Source of the DNA: an uncultured virus (IMG/VR IMGVR_UViG_3300048072_000060) | Taxonomy: Duplodnaviria; Heunggongvirae; Uroviricota; Caudoviricetes | Reading direction: 5' to 3' (one strand) | IMG/VR virus record: IMGVR_UViG_3300048072_000060 | Length of the DNA: 64,000 nt | Shown: in pieces, positions 18,298-27,565 of the stretch | How the letters are laid out: each line of letters begins with the position of its first letter | How positions within the stretch are numbered: the first letter of the stretch is position 1 | Notes under the pieces: model-generated | The model's database searches: none | What the model was told of the DNA's origin: nothing | The model's input: only the letters and a program-made list of their open reading frames with translations | Program-made: the position numbers and the translations under genes

Positions 18298-19592
18298 CAA
18301 TCTCCTGGCTCGCCGACAAAATCGAGCAGTGGCCGACCGCCAAGCTCGTGCCCTATGCACGGAACGCGCGCACGCACTCGGATGCGCAAGTGGCTCAGAT
18401 CGCTGCTTCGATTGCCGAATTCGGATTCACCAATCCGATCCTGGCTGGTAGTGACGGCGTCATCGTGGCCGGGCATGGCCGGTTGGCCGCCGCACAGAAA
18501 CTTGGCATCGCTATGCTGCCGGTCGTGGTGCTCGACCATCTAACACCGACCCAGCGACGCGCCCTGGTGATCGCGGATAACCGCATCGCCGAGAACGCAG
18601 GCTGGGACGACGCCATGCTGCAGGTCGAACTGGCCGCGCTCCAGGACGACAGCTTCGATCTGTCCTTGACCGGCTTCGATGCCGATGCGCTTGCCGATCT
18701 CCTCACCGGCGAAGAGACGACAACCGAGGGGCAGACCGATGAGGATTCTGTTCCCGAAGCCGGCCCGTCGATAACGCGCCCGGGTGATGTCTGGCTCTGC
18801 GGCAACCACCGCGTGATCTGTGGTGACTCGACGGACGCCAGCACCTACGAGGCGCTGATGGCCGGCGAGACTGCCGACATGGTGTTCACCGATCCACCCT
18901 ACAACGTGGACTATGCCAATACCGCCAAGGACAAGATGCGGGGAACGGATCGACCGATCCTGAACGACAACCTCGGCGCTGGTTTTCACGACTTCCTGTT
19001 GGCGGCACTGACGCCTACGTTGGCCCACTGCCGTGGCGGCATCTACGTGGCAATGTCCTCCTCCGAACTCGATGTCCTGCAGTCGGCCTTTCGTACTGCT
19101 GGAGGCAAGTGGTCGACCTTTATCATCTGGGCGAAGCACACCTTCACGCTCGGTCATGCGGACTATCAGCGGCAGTTTGAGCCGATCCTGTACGGCTGGC
19201 CAGCCGAAGGAACCCGGCACTGGTGCGGTGCGCGTGACCAGGGTGACGTCTGGAACATCAAGAAGCCGCACAAGAATGATCTGCACCCGACAATGAAGCC
19301 GGTCGAGTTGGTCGAACGTGCGGTGCGAAATTCCAGTCGACCGGGTGACATCGTGCTGGATTCGTTCGGCGGCTCGGGCACAACCATGATTGCGTCCGAG
19401 AAGTCAGACCGCAAGGCCCGGTTGATCGAACTGGATCCGAAGTACGTCGATGTGATTGTGCGCCGTTGGCAAGACTTTGCCGGGGCGCAGGCCACCCGCC
19501 AGTCGGACGGGGTGGCGTTTGATGCCCTGGTGTCAGAACCGGGTGGTCTTGAAAACCGTGAAGCCGTTGGGAGTGTGGCGAACGAAACGTAG
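18294..19592 (+). CDS. ParB-N fused DNA methyltransferase (DPPY type, likely m6A)
   Basis: ParB domain; FTDPPYNV; HPTMKPVEL; DSFGGSGTT; ELDPKYVD. Confidence 0.92.
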   Translation: MTISWLADKIEQWPTAKLVPYARNARTHSDAQVAQIAASIAEFGFTNPILAGSDGVIVAGHGRLAAAQKLGIAMLPVVVLDHLTPTQRRALVIADNRIAENAGWDDAMLQVELAALQDDSFDLSLTGFDADALADLLTGEETTTEGQTDEDSVPEAGPSITRPGDVWLCGNHRVICGDSTDASTYEALMAGETADMVFTDPPYNVDYANTAKDKMRGTDRPILNDNLGAGFHDFLLAALTPTLAHCRGGIYVAMSSSELDVLQSAFRTAGGKWSTFIIWAKHTFTLGHADYQRQFEPILYGWPAEGTRHWCGARDQGDVWNIKKPHKNDLHPTMKPVELVERAVRNSSRPGDIVLDSFGGSGTTMIASEKSDRKARLIELDPKYVDVIVRRWQDFAGAQATRQSDGVAFDALVSEPGGLENREAVGSVANET

Positions 19593-19706
19593 CCACTTGC
19601 CGTTCCCGGTTCGCTCGGCAGTGACCCAACGGTCGTCGGTGCCGGAGATGCGGATTTCCTGGCCGGGTTCGAGGCCGTTGATGCGTTGGTCTAGGGTGGT
19701 GGTCAT
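19533..19706 (-). CDS. Small hypothetical protein (cassette array)
   Basis: 57 aa with AAGGAG RBS; 3' end overlaps the methyltransferase convergently. Confidence 0.55.
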   Translation of the reverse strand: MTTTLDQRINGLEPGQEIRISGTDDRWVTAERTGNGKWLRFVRHTPNGFTVFKTTRF

Positions 19707-19717
19707 TGCGCTCTCCT

Positions 19718-19921
19718 TTATGCCATCTCGTAGCCGGCGCGCTCGAGTCGCGATGCATCGGCCGGGGTCACCACCCAAAACTCGCCGCGCTCGCCGTCGT
19801 GGTTACCCAGGACGATGCGCATCGGGTAGGTGGCGCGGTTCGCAAAACTCGAGGCGTTGGCCAGGGTGTTGAACCGGAACATCGTGCTTTTGATCAGGGT
19901 CTTGAGGGTGCTGGTGGTCAT
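19718..19921 (-). CDS. Small hypothetical protein (cassette array)
   Basis: 67 aa, AGGAG RBS, behind repeat copy 1. Confidence 0.7.
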   Translation of the reverse strand: MTTSTLKTLIKSTMFRFNTLANASSFANRATYPMRIVLGNHDGERGEFWVVTPADASRLERAGYEMA

Positions 19922-20034
19922 TTGTGTCTCCTGCGGGTTGATCGTTGCGACACCCGTAGTAACGCGCTGTTTGATTGCGAAGCCAAGCGGAAGATTGAAC
20001 TATTTTCGATCATTTTGCTCGGCTTGATTGCGTT

Positions 20035-20229
20035 CTATCGGCGACCCGTCACGGCGGCCAGTTTGCTGCGCGCCGAGTCGGTCTGCCACCGGCACGGACC
20101 TTTGCCGCTCTTGGCTTCTGCGTCCCACCGCGCGGCGATCTCTGTATCCGTCCAGCCCTTGGCGGCGAGGTAGGCGTAATCGTCGGTGTCGTAATTGGCG
20201 TGCTGCTGGATGGCGTCGTTGGTTTGCAT
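20035..20229 (-). CDS. Small hypothetical protein (cassette array)
   Basis: 64 aa, GGAG RBS, behind repeat copy 2. Confidence 0.7.
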   Translation of the reverse strand: MQTNDAIQQHANYDTDDYAYLAAKGWTDTEIAARWDAEAKSGKGPCRWQTDSARSKLAAVTGRR

Positions 20230-20299
20230 GATGATCTCCGTCGGGTTGATTGATGCGATGTGCGTATGAACGCGCTGTTCAATCAGAAAGCCAAGCTCT

Positions 20300-20530
20300 T
20301 TAGTTCATTGCGGCGCGACGTACTTCGGTGAGTTTGGCGATGACGTCCTCGGTGAAGTTGAAGCCATCGAGACGACTCAGTCCCTCGCGCTCAAGGATGC
20401 GCCAGCGGGCCCCATCGCTTTCCGCCCGGCGCAACTCGTCGCCAACTTGGTTGAGGTAGAGGTTTTCTTCCTCGGTGAGTTGCCGTGGCTGGAGCTTGAG
20501 GTTTTCCAGAATGGTGATGAGTTTCAACAT
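20300..20530 (-). CDS. Small hypothetical protein (cassette array)
   Basis: 76 aa, AGGAG RBS. Confidence 0.65.
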   Translation of the reverse strand: MLKLITILENLKLQPRQLTEEENLYLNQVGDELRRAESDGARWRILEREGLSRLDGFNFTEDVIAKLTEVRRAAMN

Positions 20531-20544
20531 GGCGCCGCTCCTGT

Positions 20545-21099
20545 TCAGGCAATCCGATAAACGCGGTCGTTGCCCTCAACCTTTTCCGATGCCAGGTTGA
20601 GACCCAGTTTCTTTTTGAATGCGCCGGCAAAGGTGCCGCGCACCGTGTGCGCCTGCCAGCCGGTGGCGTCCATGATCTGCTGGATCGTCGCACCCTCGGG
20701 GCGTTGCAACATTTGGATCACGGTGGCCTGCTTGCTGTTGTCGCGGGTGCGGGGTTTGCCCTCGACGCCGGCCTTGATCAGTTGCTTGGCCGCCTCCTGT
20801 TTTTCTTGCGCCCAGTTGGCCTCTGCCGCCGACACGGCGGCCTCTACCTCGGGGTCGGGATGAGTGCTGGTCGGCGTGGGTCGTGCGCGCCCAAGGGCGT
20901 CGTAGCCCTCGGCGGCGACGAACCAGTCTTGGCCACCGTTGCTGGTGATGAGGGCCTTGTTAAACAGTCCGGCAATGACTTTCTGACGGGCACCACCTTT
21001 AACCCCGTCGGGAAACCAGGTGACGCGTCCATCCGGTTGGTTGGCAGCGTTCTCGAGGACTTGGCGCTGGGTGTCAGTGAGTTTTATTTCGTTGGTCAT
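20545..21099 (-). CDS. DUF3489 domain protein
   Basis: RDNSKQATVIQMLQRPEGATIQQIMDATGWQAHTVRG...RVYRI; AAGGAG RBS; behind repeat copy 3. Confidence 0.85.
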   Translation of the reverse strand: MTNEIKLTDTQRQVLENAANQPDGRVTWFPDGVKGGARQKVIAGLFNKALITSNGGQDWFVAAEGYDALGRARPTPTSTHPDPEVEAAVSAAEANWAQEKQEAAKQLIKAGVEGKPRTRDNSKQATVIQMLQRPEGATIQQIMDATGWQAHTVRGTFAGAFKKKLGLNLASEKVEGNDRVYRIA

Positions 21100-21186
21100 G
21101 ATTTGCTCCTTGGTGGTTGATGGTGATGGCATGAACGCGCTGTTCAAAGTGGAAGCCAAGCGTTTCTCGGCGGCTTCCGAATCTAT

Positions 21187-21396
21187 TTAGTTGGTGTTGG
21201 CAATTTCCTGCTCAGTAGCCTTTGGTAGCGACGCGCCCAACTCGGCACCGGCCTTGAACGCCGCTTCGAGGGCATCGCGCAAACACCAGACCGCGACTTC
21301 GTGAAAATCGAGGCGGTCGGACTTGCGGGTTTCCAGTGAGTCGATGTCCAGATGCTTCTGGGCGATGAGGGTCAGGAGGGTGTCGATCTGGCTCAT
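21187..21396 (-). CDS. DUF6900-like small protein
   Basis: IAQKHL.IDSLETRKSDRLDFHEVAVW.LRDALEAAF.AG; behind repeat copy 4. Confidence 0.75.
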   Translation of the reverse strand: MSQIDTLLTLIAQKHLDIDSLETRKSDRLDFHEVAVWCLRDALEAAFKAGAELGASLPKATEQEIANTN

Positions 21397-21511
21397 GGTG
21401 ATGTCCTTGTGACGTCGTTGATGGTGATTGCATGAACGCGCTGTTCAGGAGGAAAGCCAAGCGGGGAATCGCATCTGTTGGAGAACATCTGCGCCCGGCT
21501 TGATGTAAATC

Positions 21512-22063
21512 ATGGGTCTGTCGATTCGCGCCTACGCCAGGCATCGCGGCGTCTCTCACGTTGCCGTCAAGAAGGCCATCGACACGGGTCGAATTACTCA
21601 GGGGGCGGATGGCACGATTGATCCTGAGCAAGCCGATCGGCAGTGGGAACAGAACACTGCGTCACCGCGCAAGCCATCGCCTGCGCCAAAAGTCGCGGCC
21701 GTACCGAAAGCACAGCGTGCCGTCGCTCAGGAACCGGCGGCCGAATCACCTTCGCCGACACTCTCTACTGGCGGCACCTCGCTTCTGCAGGCGCGCACGG
21801 TCAACGAGGTCGTCAAGGCACAGACCAACAAGGTGCGCTTGGCGCGGCTCAAGGGTGATCTGGTCGATCGTTCGCAAGCCATCGCCCATGTATTTCGACT
21901 GGCACGGACGGAACGCGATGCATGGCTCAACTGGCCAGCACGGATTTCGGCACAGATGGCCGCCAAGCTCGAAGTCGATGCCCATGCTTTGCATGTCGCG
22001 ATTGAGGCAGCCGTGCGTGAGCATTTGATGGAGTTGGGCGAACTGCGCGCCCGGGTAGATTGA
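21512..22063 (+). CDS. Terminase small subunit (Nu1-like)
   Basis: N-terminal HTH SIRAYARHRGVSHVAVKKAI, coiled-coil C-terminus, abuts large subunit. Confidence 0.8.
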   Translation: MGLSIRAYARHRGVSHVAVKKAIDTGRITQGADGTIDPEQADRQWEQNTASPRKPSPAPKVAAVPKAQRAVAQEPAAESPSPTLSTGGTSLLQARTVNEVVKAQTNKVRLARLKGDLVDRSQAIAHVFRLARTERDAWLNWPARISAQMAAKLEVDAHALHVAIEAAVREHLMELGELRARVD

Positions 22064-24030
22064 TGGACACGGACTACGACGGCGAACTCGATATCGAGCG
22101 TGCCTGGCGCGAAGGGCTGATTCCGGATCCACTGCTCTCGGTCTCAGAATGGTCGGATCGGCATCGGATGCTGTCCTCCAAGGCGTCCAGTGAGCCGGGG
22201 CGCTGGCGCACCAGCCGCACGCCGTACCTGAAAGCCATCATGGATTGCCTGTCGCCGACTTCGCCGGTCGAGCGGGTGGTGTTCATGAAGGCGGCCCAAC
22301 TCGGCGCGACCGAGATGGGTAGCAACTGGATCGGCTACGTGATCCATCACGCGCCCGGCCCAATGATGGCGGTGTGGCCAACGGTGGAGATGGCCAAGCG
22401 CAACTCCAAGCAGCGGATCGATCCGTTGATCGAGGAGTCGGCCATCCTCAAGGAACTGATTGCGCCGGCACGCAGCCGCGACTCAGGCAATACGATTCTG
22501 GCTAAAGAGTTTCGCGGCGGTGTCCTGGTGATGACCGGGGCCAACAGCGCCGTGGGTCTGCGCTCGATGCCGGTGCGGTATCTCTTCCTCGACGAGGTCG
22601 ATGGTTATCCGATCGATGTTGATGGTGAGGGAAGCGCGGTGGCCTTGGCCGAGGCCCGCACCCGCACGTTTGCGCGCCGAAAGATCTTCATCGTATCGAC
22701 GCCGACGATTGCTGGCGTCAGCACCATCGAGCGCGAATACGAAGCCAGTGACCAGCGCCGCTACTTCGTGCCGTGTCCGCATTGTGGGCATCGGCAGTGG
22801 TTGCGCTTCGAGCAATTGCGCTGGGAGCGTGACGAAAACGGTAATCGGCCCGACACGGCCGCCTACGTCTGCGAGTCCTGCGAGGTACCGATTCCTGAGC
22901 ATCACAAGACGTGGATGCTGGAACACGGCGAATGGCGAGCAATGGCTGACGTACCGAGCAAGACCGCCGGCTTCCATTTGTCGAGCCTGTACAGCCCGAT
23001 TGGTTGGCGTAACTGGCGGGAAATCGCCGCCGCATGGGAGAGTGCCATTAGCAAGGAAGCCGGCTCGACCGCCGCCATCAAGACTTTCAAGAACACTGAA
23101 CTCGGTGAAACGTGGGTCGAGGAAGGCGAAGCACCCGACTGGCAGCGCCTGCTGGAACGCCGCGAAGACTACCGGATGGGTGCCATTCAGGAAGGTGGAT
23201 TGCTCCTGACGGGTGGCGGCGACGTGCAGAAAGATCGTATCGAAGTCTCCATCTGGGCGTTCGGGCGTGGCAAGGCTTCGTGGCTTGTCGAGCACCGGGT
23301 GCTGATGGGCGACACCGCGCGACCCGAGGTCTGGAATCAGTTGGCTCGCCTGCTTGATGAAACCTGGACGCATACCTCCGGGGCATCGGTACCGCTGGTG
23401 CGCTTCGCGCTGGATACCGGCTTTGCCACGCAGGAAGCCTATGCCTTCGTGCGCGCGGTGCGCGATTCCCGCGTGATGGCGGTCAAGGGTGTGGCGCGTG
23501 GGGCGGCACTGGTCGGCACCCCGACGGCAGTGGATGCGACCACCGGCGGCAAGAAACTGCGCCGGGGCATCAAGGTGTTCTCGGTCGCGGGTGGCATTGC
23601 CAAACTGGAGTTCTACAACAACCTGCGCAAGTCAGCCGATGTGGCGGACGATGGTGTGAACACGGTCTATCCAGCCGGTTTCGTGCATCTGCCCAAAGTC
23701 GACGCCGAGTTCATCCAGCAACTCTGTGCCGAGCAACTGGTGACCCGGCGAGACCGTAACGGCTTCGCGATTCGCGAGTGGCAGAAGATGCGCGAGCGTA
23801 ACGAGGCACTGGACTGCTACGTCTATGCCCGCGCGGCAGCCGCCGCATCCGGCCTTGATCGCTTCGAGGAACGCCACTGGCGAGAACTGGAAAAGCAACT
23901 CGGACTGGCACCACCGCCCGACCCGATTAACCACGAAGCCGAACCCGAGGCCACCCAGCGAGGTGGCCTCGCTGTTTCTGACAACCGGAGGCCAACTCGT
24001 CGCCTGGTGCGTAGCCGCTGGCTTACGTAA
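22063..24030 (+). CDS. Terminase large subunit (lambda GpA family)
   Basis: RTPYL, KAAQLGATE, FLDEVDGYP, STPT, CPHC/CESC, RNEALDC.VYA. Confidence 0.95.
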   Translation: MDTDYDGELDIERAWREGLIPDPLLSVSEWSDRHRMLSSKASSEPGRWRTSRTPYLKAIMDCLSPTSPVERVVFMKAAQLGATEMGSNWIGYVIHHAPGPMMAVWPTVEMAKRNSKQRIDPLIEESAILKELIAPARSRDSGNTILAKEFRGGVLVMTGANSAVGLRSMPVRYLFLDEVDGYPIDVDGEGSAVALAEARTRTFARRKIFIVSTPTIAGVSTIEREYEASDQRRYFVPCPHCGHRQWLRFEQLRWERDENGNRPDTAAYVCESCEVPIPEHHKTWMLEHGEWRAMADVPSKTAGFHLSSLYSPIGWRNWREIAAAWESAISKEAGSTAAIKTFKNTELGETWVEEGEAPDWQRLLERREDYRMGAIQEGGLLLTGGGDVQKDRIEVSIWAFGRGKASWLVEHRVLMGDTARPEVWNQLARLLDETWTHTSGASVPLVRFALDTGFATQEAYAFVRAVRDSRVMAVKGVARGAALVGTPTAVDATTGGKKLRRGIKVFSVAGGIAKLEFYNNLRKSADVADDGVNTVYPAGFVHLPKVDAEFIQQLCAEQLVTRRDRNGFAIREWQKMRERNEALDCYVYARAAAAASGLDRFEERHWRELEKQLGLAPPPDPINHEAEPEATQRGGLAVSDNRRPTRRLVRSRWLT

Positions 24031-24055
24031 CCAACTCGCCACTTAGCGGAGCGCC

Positions 24056-24421
24056 ATGTCGCTGCAAGCCCAGATCCTCAGCTTCGTCGAACGCGTTGCC
24101 GAAAAGTTTGCTGGCGTCGATGCACGGATCGGCGGCATCGACCAGTTGGACACACTGGACAAGTCGAATCTGGTCACCGCAATCAACGAACTGGCCGCCC
24201 GAGGAAATGGCGGGAGCACCAGTGGCGGCGTGGCCTATACGCACTTGCAGTCCCTGGCCAACACGGTCTGGACGATCAATCACAACCTTGGCATGCGGCC
24301 CGCCGTGACGATTCTCGACACCGGCGGCAACGAGGTCGAGGCCGATGTCATGCACACAAGCTTCAACCAACTCGTCATTCGCTTTGCCGTCCCGATCGCC
24401 GGGATCGCTCGTCTTACCTGA
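24056..24421 (+). CDS. Putative virion fibre-associated protein
   Basis: KSNLVTAINEL and WTINHNLG..PAVT motifs typical of phage fibre proteins. Confidence 0.65.
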   Translation: MSLQAQILSFVERVAEKFAGVDARIGGIDQLDTLDKSNLVTAINELAARGNGGSTSGGVAYTHLQSLANTVWTINHNLGMRPAVTILDTGGNEVEADVMHTSFNQLVIRFAVPIAGIARLT

Positions 24422-24442
24422 TCACCTGAAAGGAAAACCTCC

Positions 24443-25234
24443 ATGTCTCGCAAGCAACTCTCTGATCTCGATTTTGGCGGCGTCGCCCGCATCCGCAATC
24501 TGCCGGCCCCGGTCAATCCGGACGAACCGGTACGCCAGCAGGATCTCAACTCGGCGGTTGAGGGCTTGGCGTGGAAGGACTCGTGCCGGGTGGCGAGTCA
24601 GGCCAACGTGAACCTCTCGTCGCCGGGCGCATCGATCGACGGCATCACTCTCACGGTCGGCGACCGCATCCTGGTCAAGGCCCAGACCGTTGGATCGGAA
24701 AACGGTCTCTACATCTGGAACGGCGCGGCAGTGGCCATGACGCGCAGTCTCGATGCCTCGACCAGTAACGAACTGGAACAAGCGGTCACCACGGTCGAGG
24801 AAGGCACGTCGGCGGGTACGAGCTGGCGGCAGTCGGTCGTCAATTTCGTGCTCGACACCGGGTCGGTGACCTGGTTGCAGTTCGGTGCTGCGATCGGCGC
24901 CGCCTCCGAAACCAGTTCCGGCATCGCTGAAATTGCGACGCAGGCCGAAACCGATGGTGGCACCGACGATCTGCGTTTCGTCACGCCCCTGAAGCTCAAT
25001 ACCTGGGCCAACAAAACTCGTCGCGCACAGGCAACCATTGGCGACGGCAGCGCCACGCAGTTCGACGTTAATCACAACTTCGCCACGCGCGATGTCCTCG
25101 TGCAGGTTTATCAGGCCTCCGGCAACTACGAGCAGGTGAACTGCGACGTGAGTTTGCCCACGACCAATTCGGCACGACTCAACTTCGCCGCCGCGCCGGC
25201 CAGCAATGCCTACCGTGTCGTGGTGATGGGGTAA
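24443..25234 (+). CDS. Putative virion fibre protein
   Basis: WKDSCRVAS..IDGITL.VGDRILVKAQT...NGLY; GIAEIATQAE fibre repeat; GDGSATQFDVNHN. Confidence 0.7.
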   Translation: MSRKQLSDLDFGGVARIRNLPAPVNPDEPVRQQDLNSAVEGLAWKDSCRVASQANVNLSSPGASIDGITLTVGDRILVKAQTVGSENGLYIWNGAAVAMTRSLDASTSNELEQAVTTVEEGTSAGTSWRQSVVNFVLDTGSVTWLQFGAAIGAASETSSGIAEIATQAETDGGTDDLRFVTPLKLNTWANKTRRAQATIGDGSATQFDVNHNFATRDVLVQVYQASGNYEQVNCDVSLPTTNSARLNFAAAPASNAYRVVVMG

Positions 25235-25237
25235 TCG

Positions 25238-25834
25238 GTGAAGGACTTGGCCTACCGGGCAGCCCCGGTCGTCTCGGTGCTTCCTGCCGCCTCAGCCGCA
25301 CTGGCCGGCGTCATTGCGCGGCTGTCCGCCGACAACAAGCCGTACTGGTGCGATGGCACGGCGTGGGTCGACATGACCCTGCTCGGTAGCGCCGATACGC
25401 GCTTGACGACTGCCCGCCTTGCGGCCGATGTCACCAACAACACGACGACCCTGGCCAACGTCACCGGACTTGCGATCGCGCTGGCAGCCAACAGCACCTA
25501 CGCGATCGATGCTCAGGTGATGTTCCAGACAGCAGCGACCACCACCGGTATTCGACTCACCCAGACGGTGCCTACGGGTGCCACCGTGGTGGCGCAGTGG
25601 AGTACGCCGACATCACTCACGGCATCCACGCTGGCAAACCAGCGGGCGGCTGATGTCGGAGCAGCCACCACGGCCATCGATACGGCGAATGCCAACACGC
25701 TGGCCAGAGGCTCGATTCTGGTGGTGACCGGGGCTACGGCGGGAAATCTGCAAATCCGCTTCGCCTCCGAGGTCGCCGCCTCCAATGCCGTGGTCAAGGC
25801 CGGCAGCAATCTCGTGGCCACCAAGGTCGCCTAG
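25238..25834 (+). CDS. Ala/Thr-rich beta-rich putative fibre tip protein
   Basis: 198 aa; YWCDGTAW; GNLQIRFASEV..VVKAGS. Confidence 0.6.
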   Translation: MKDLAYRAAPVVSVLPAASAALAGVIARLSADNKPYWCDGTAWVDMTLLGSADTRLTTARLAADVTNNTTTLANVTGLAIALAANSTYAIDAQVMFQTAATTTGIRLTQTVPTGATVVAQWSTPTSLTASTLANQRAADVGAATTAIDTANANTLARGSILVVTGATAGNLQIRFASEVAASNAVVKAGSNLVATKVA

Positions 25835-25840
25835 AAAATC

Positions 25841-26062
25841 ATGGCCTATACGGAAGAACAACTCAGCGCCCTCGAGGCCGCGCTGGCCAAGGGCGAGAAG
25901 CGTGTCACCTTCGGAGACAAAACGGTCGAGTACCGCTCCGTCGAGGAATTGCGCCAAGCCATCTTCGAAGTCGAACGCGGCCTCTACGAGCAGGCCGCTG
26001 ATACCGGCCTGTGGCCCCGCGCACCCCGGCAGATCCGGGTCACAACGTCGAAGGGCACGTGA
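25841..26062 (+). CDS. Head-tail joining protein (gpW-like)
   Basis: LEAALAKGEKRVTFGDKTVEYRSVEEL, directly before portal. Confidence 0.85.
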   Translation: MAYTEEQLSALEAALAKGEKRVTFGDKTVEYRSVEELRQAIFEVERGLYEQAADTGLWPRAPRQIRVTTSKGT

Positions 26063-27564
26063 TGCGCTTGTTCAAAACCTTTCGCAGCATGAGTCGGAAA
26101 CTCTTCGGTGGTTCGCCCACCTATGATGGAGTCGGCGGTGGGCGTCGGGCACTGGCCTGGTCAGTCGGCAATCCGGGTGCAGTCGCGGCGCTGCTCTTCA
26201 CCCAGCACGAGTTGCGCGCCAAGAGCCGTGATCTGGTGCGTCGCAATGCCTGGGCCAATTCGGCGCTCGAATCCTACGTGGCCAACGCCATCGGTACCGG
26301 CATCAAGCCGCAATCGATGGTGCAGGACGCGACGGTACGCGAAGCCATCCAGGCACTGTGGCGCGATTGGACCGTCGACGCCGATGCCGCAGGTCTCACC
26401 GACTTTTACGGACTGCAGGCGCTGGCCTGTCGGGCAATGCTCGAAGGCGGCGAAGCGCTGGTACGGCTGCGCTATCGCCGTCCTGAAGATGGACTGCCTG
26501 TGGCACTGCAACTTCAGGTACTGGAAGCCGAGCATCTGCCGGTGACACTCAACACCACGGCAGAAAATGGAAACCTGATCCGTGCCGGCATCGAGTTCGA
26601 CCGGCTTGGACGGCGCGTGGCTTATCACCTCTACCGATCGCACCCCGAGGACGGCATGCTGGCTCCGATGTCTGGGGACGGTGGGCTCACGACAGTGCGT
26701 GTCGATGCTGCCGAGATCATTCACCTTTTCCGGGCACTGCGCCCAGGTCAGATTCGTGGCGAACCGTGGCTGGCGCGTGCGCTCGTAAAACTGAACGAAC
26801 TCGACCAGTACGACGACGCCGAACTGGTGCGCAAGAAAACCGCCGCGATGTTCGCCGGTTTTGTGACGCGCCTCGCTCCCGAGGACAACCTGCTCGGCGA
26901 AGGTCTATCCGACCCCAACGGCGTGGCGCTCGCGGGTCTCGAGCCCGGCACCATGCAGATTCTGGAACCGGGCGAAGACATCAAGTTCTCGCAGCCAGCG
27001 GATGTCGGCGGTTCCTACTCGGAATTCCTGCGCATGCAGTTTCGCGCTGTGGCGGCGGCGATGGGCGTCACCTACGAGCAACTGACCGGGGATCTCACCC
27101 AGGTCAATTACTCGTCGATCCGGGCCGGTCTGCTGGAGTTTCGCCGCCGTGTCGAAGCCTTACAGCATGGCGTGATCGTCCATCAGTTGTGCCGTCCGAT
27201 ATGGCAAGCCTGGATGGCACAAGCCGTTCTCGAAGGCGCACTCACGCTGACGGGCTATGCCCGGGGCGGGATTGCCAAGCGTCGTGAGTACCAGGCCGTC
27301 AAATGGATTCCCCAAGGCTGGCAGTGGGTGGATCCGCTGAAGGAGGCCGATGCCATGAAAGCGGCGATTCGCTCGGGCCTCATGTCCCGCTCGGAAGCCA
27401 TCTCGGCCAACGGCTACGACGCCGAGGACGTGGATCGGGAAATCGCTGCTGACAACGCCCGGGCGGATGCCTTCGGCCTGGTCTTTGATTCCGACCCGCG
27501 TCACGAATTGCCGACGCCAGCACCAGTAGTCCAGCCACCCGATTTTCAACCGCAAGGAAACTGA
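26062..27564 (+). CDS. Portal protein, lambda family
   Basis: RAKSRDLVRRN, GIEFD..GR.VAY, RPGQIRG.P, NYSSIRAGLLE, WVDPLKE. Confidence 0.95.
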   Translation: MRLFKTFRSMSRKLFGGSPTYDGVGGGRRALAWSVGNPGAVAALLFTQHELRAKSRDLVRRNAWANSALESYVANAIGTGIKPQSMVQDATVREAIQALWRDWTVDADAAGLTDFYGLQALACRAMLEGGEALVRLRYRRPEDGLPVALQLQVLEAEHLPVTLNTTAENGNLIRAGIEFDRLGRRVAYHLYRSHPEDGMLAPMSGDGGLTTVRVDAAEIIHLFRALRPGQIRGEPWLARALVKLNELDQYDDAELVRKKTAAMFAGFVTRLAPEDNLLGEGLSDPNGVALAGLEPGTMQILEPGEDIKFSQPADVGGSYSEFLRMQFRAVAAAMGVTYEQLTGDLTQVNYSSIRAGLLEFRRRVEALQHGVIVHQLCRPIWQAWMAQAVLEGALTLTGYARGGIAKRREYQAVKWIPQGWQWVDPLKEADAMKAAIRSGLMSRSEAISANGYDAEDVDREIAADNARADAFGLVFDSDPRHELPTPAPVVQPPDFQPQGN

Positions 27565-27565
27565 A

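Larger units (their letters stand above)
19959..21463 (-). repeat. Four dispersed copies of a ~31-bp promoter/operator-like element
   Basis: Minus-strand consensus GCTTGGCTT-N7-(G/A)AACAGCGCGTT(CA/AC)T at ~19959-19989, 20266-20296, 21131-21161, 21432-21462. Confidence 0.9.

Noticed and set aside
19959..21463. Repeated element as integron attC sites or LexA boxes
   Set aside because: No RYYYAAC...GTTRRRY hairpin or integron integrase; GAAC-N5-GTTC spacing does not match the LexA boxes I know
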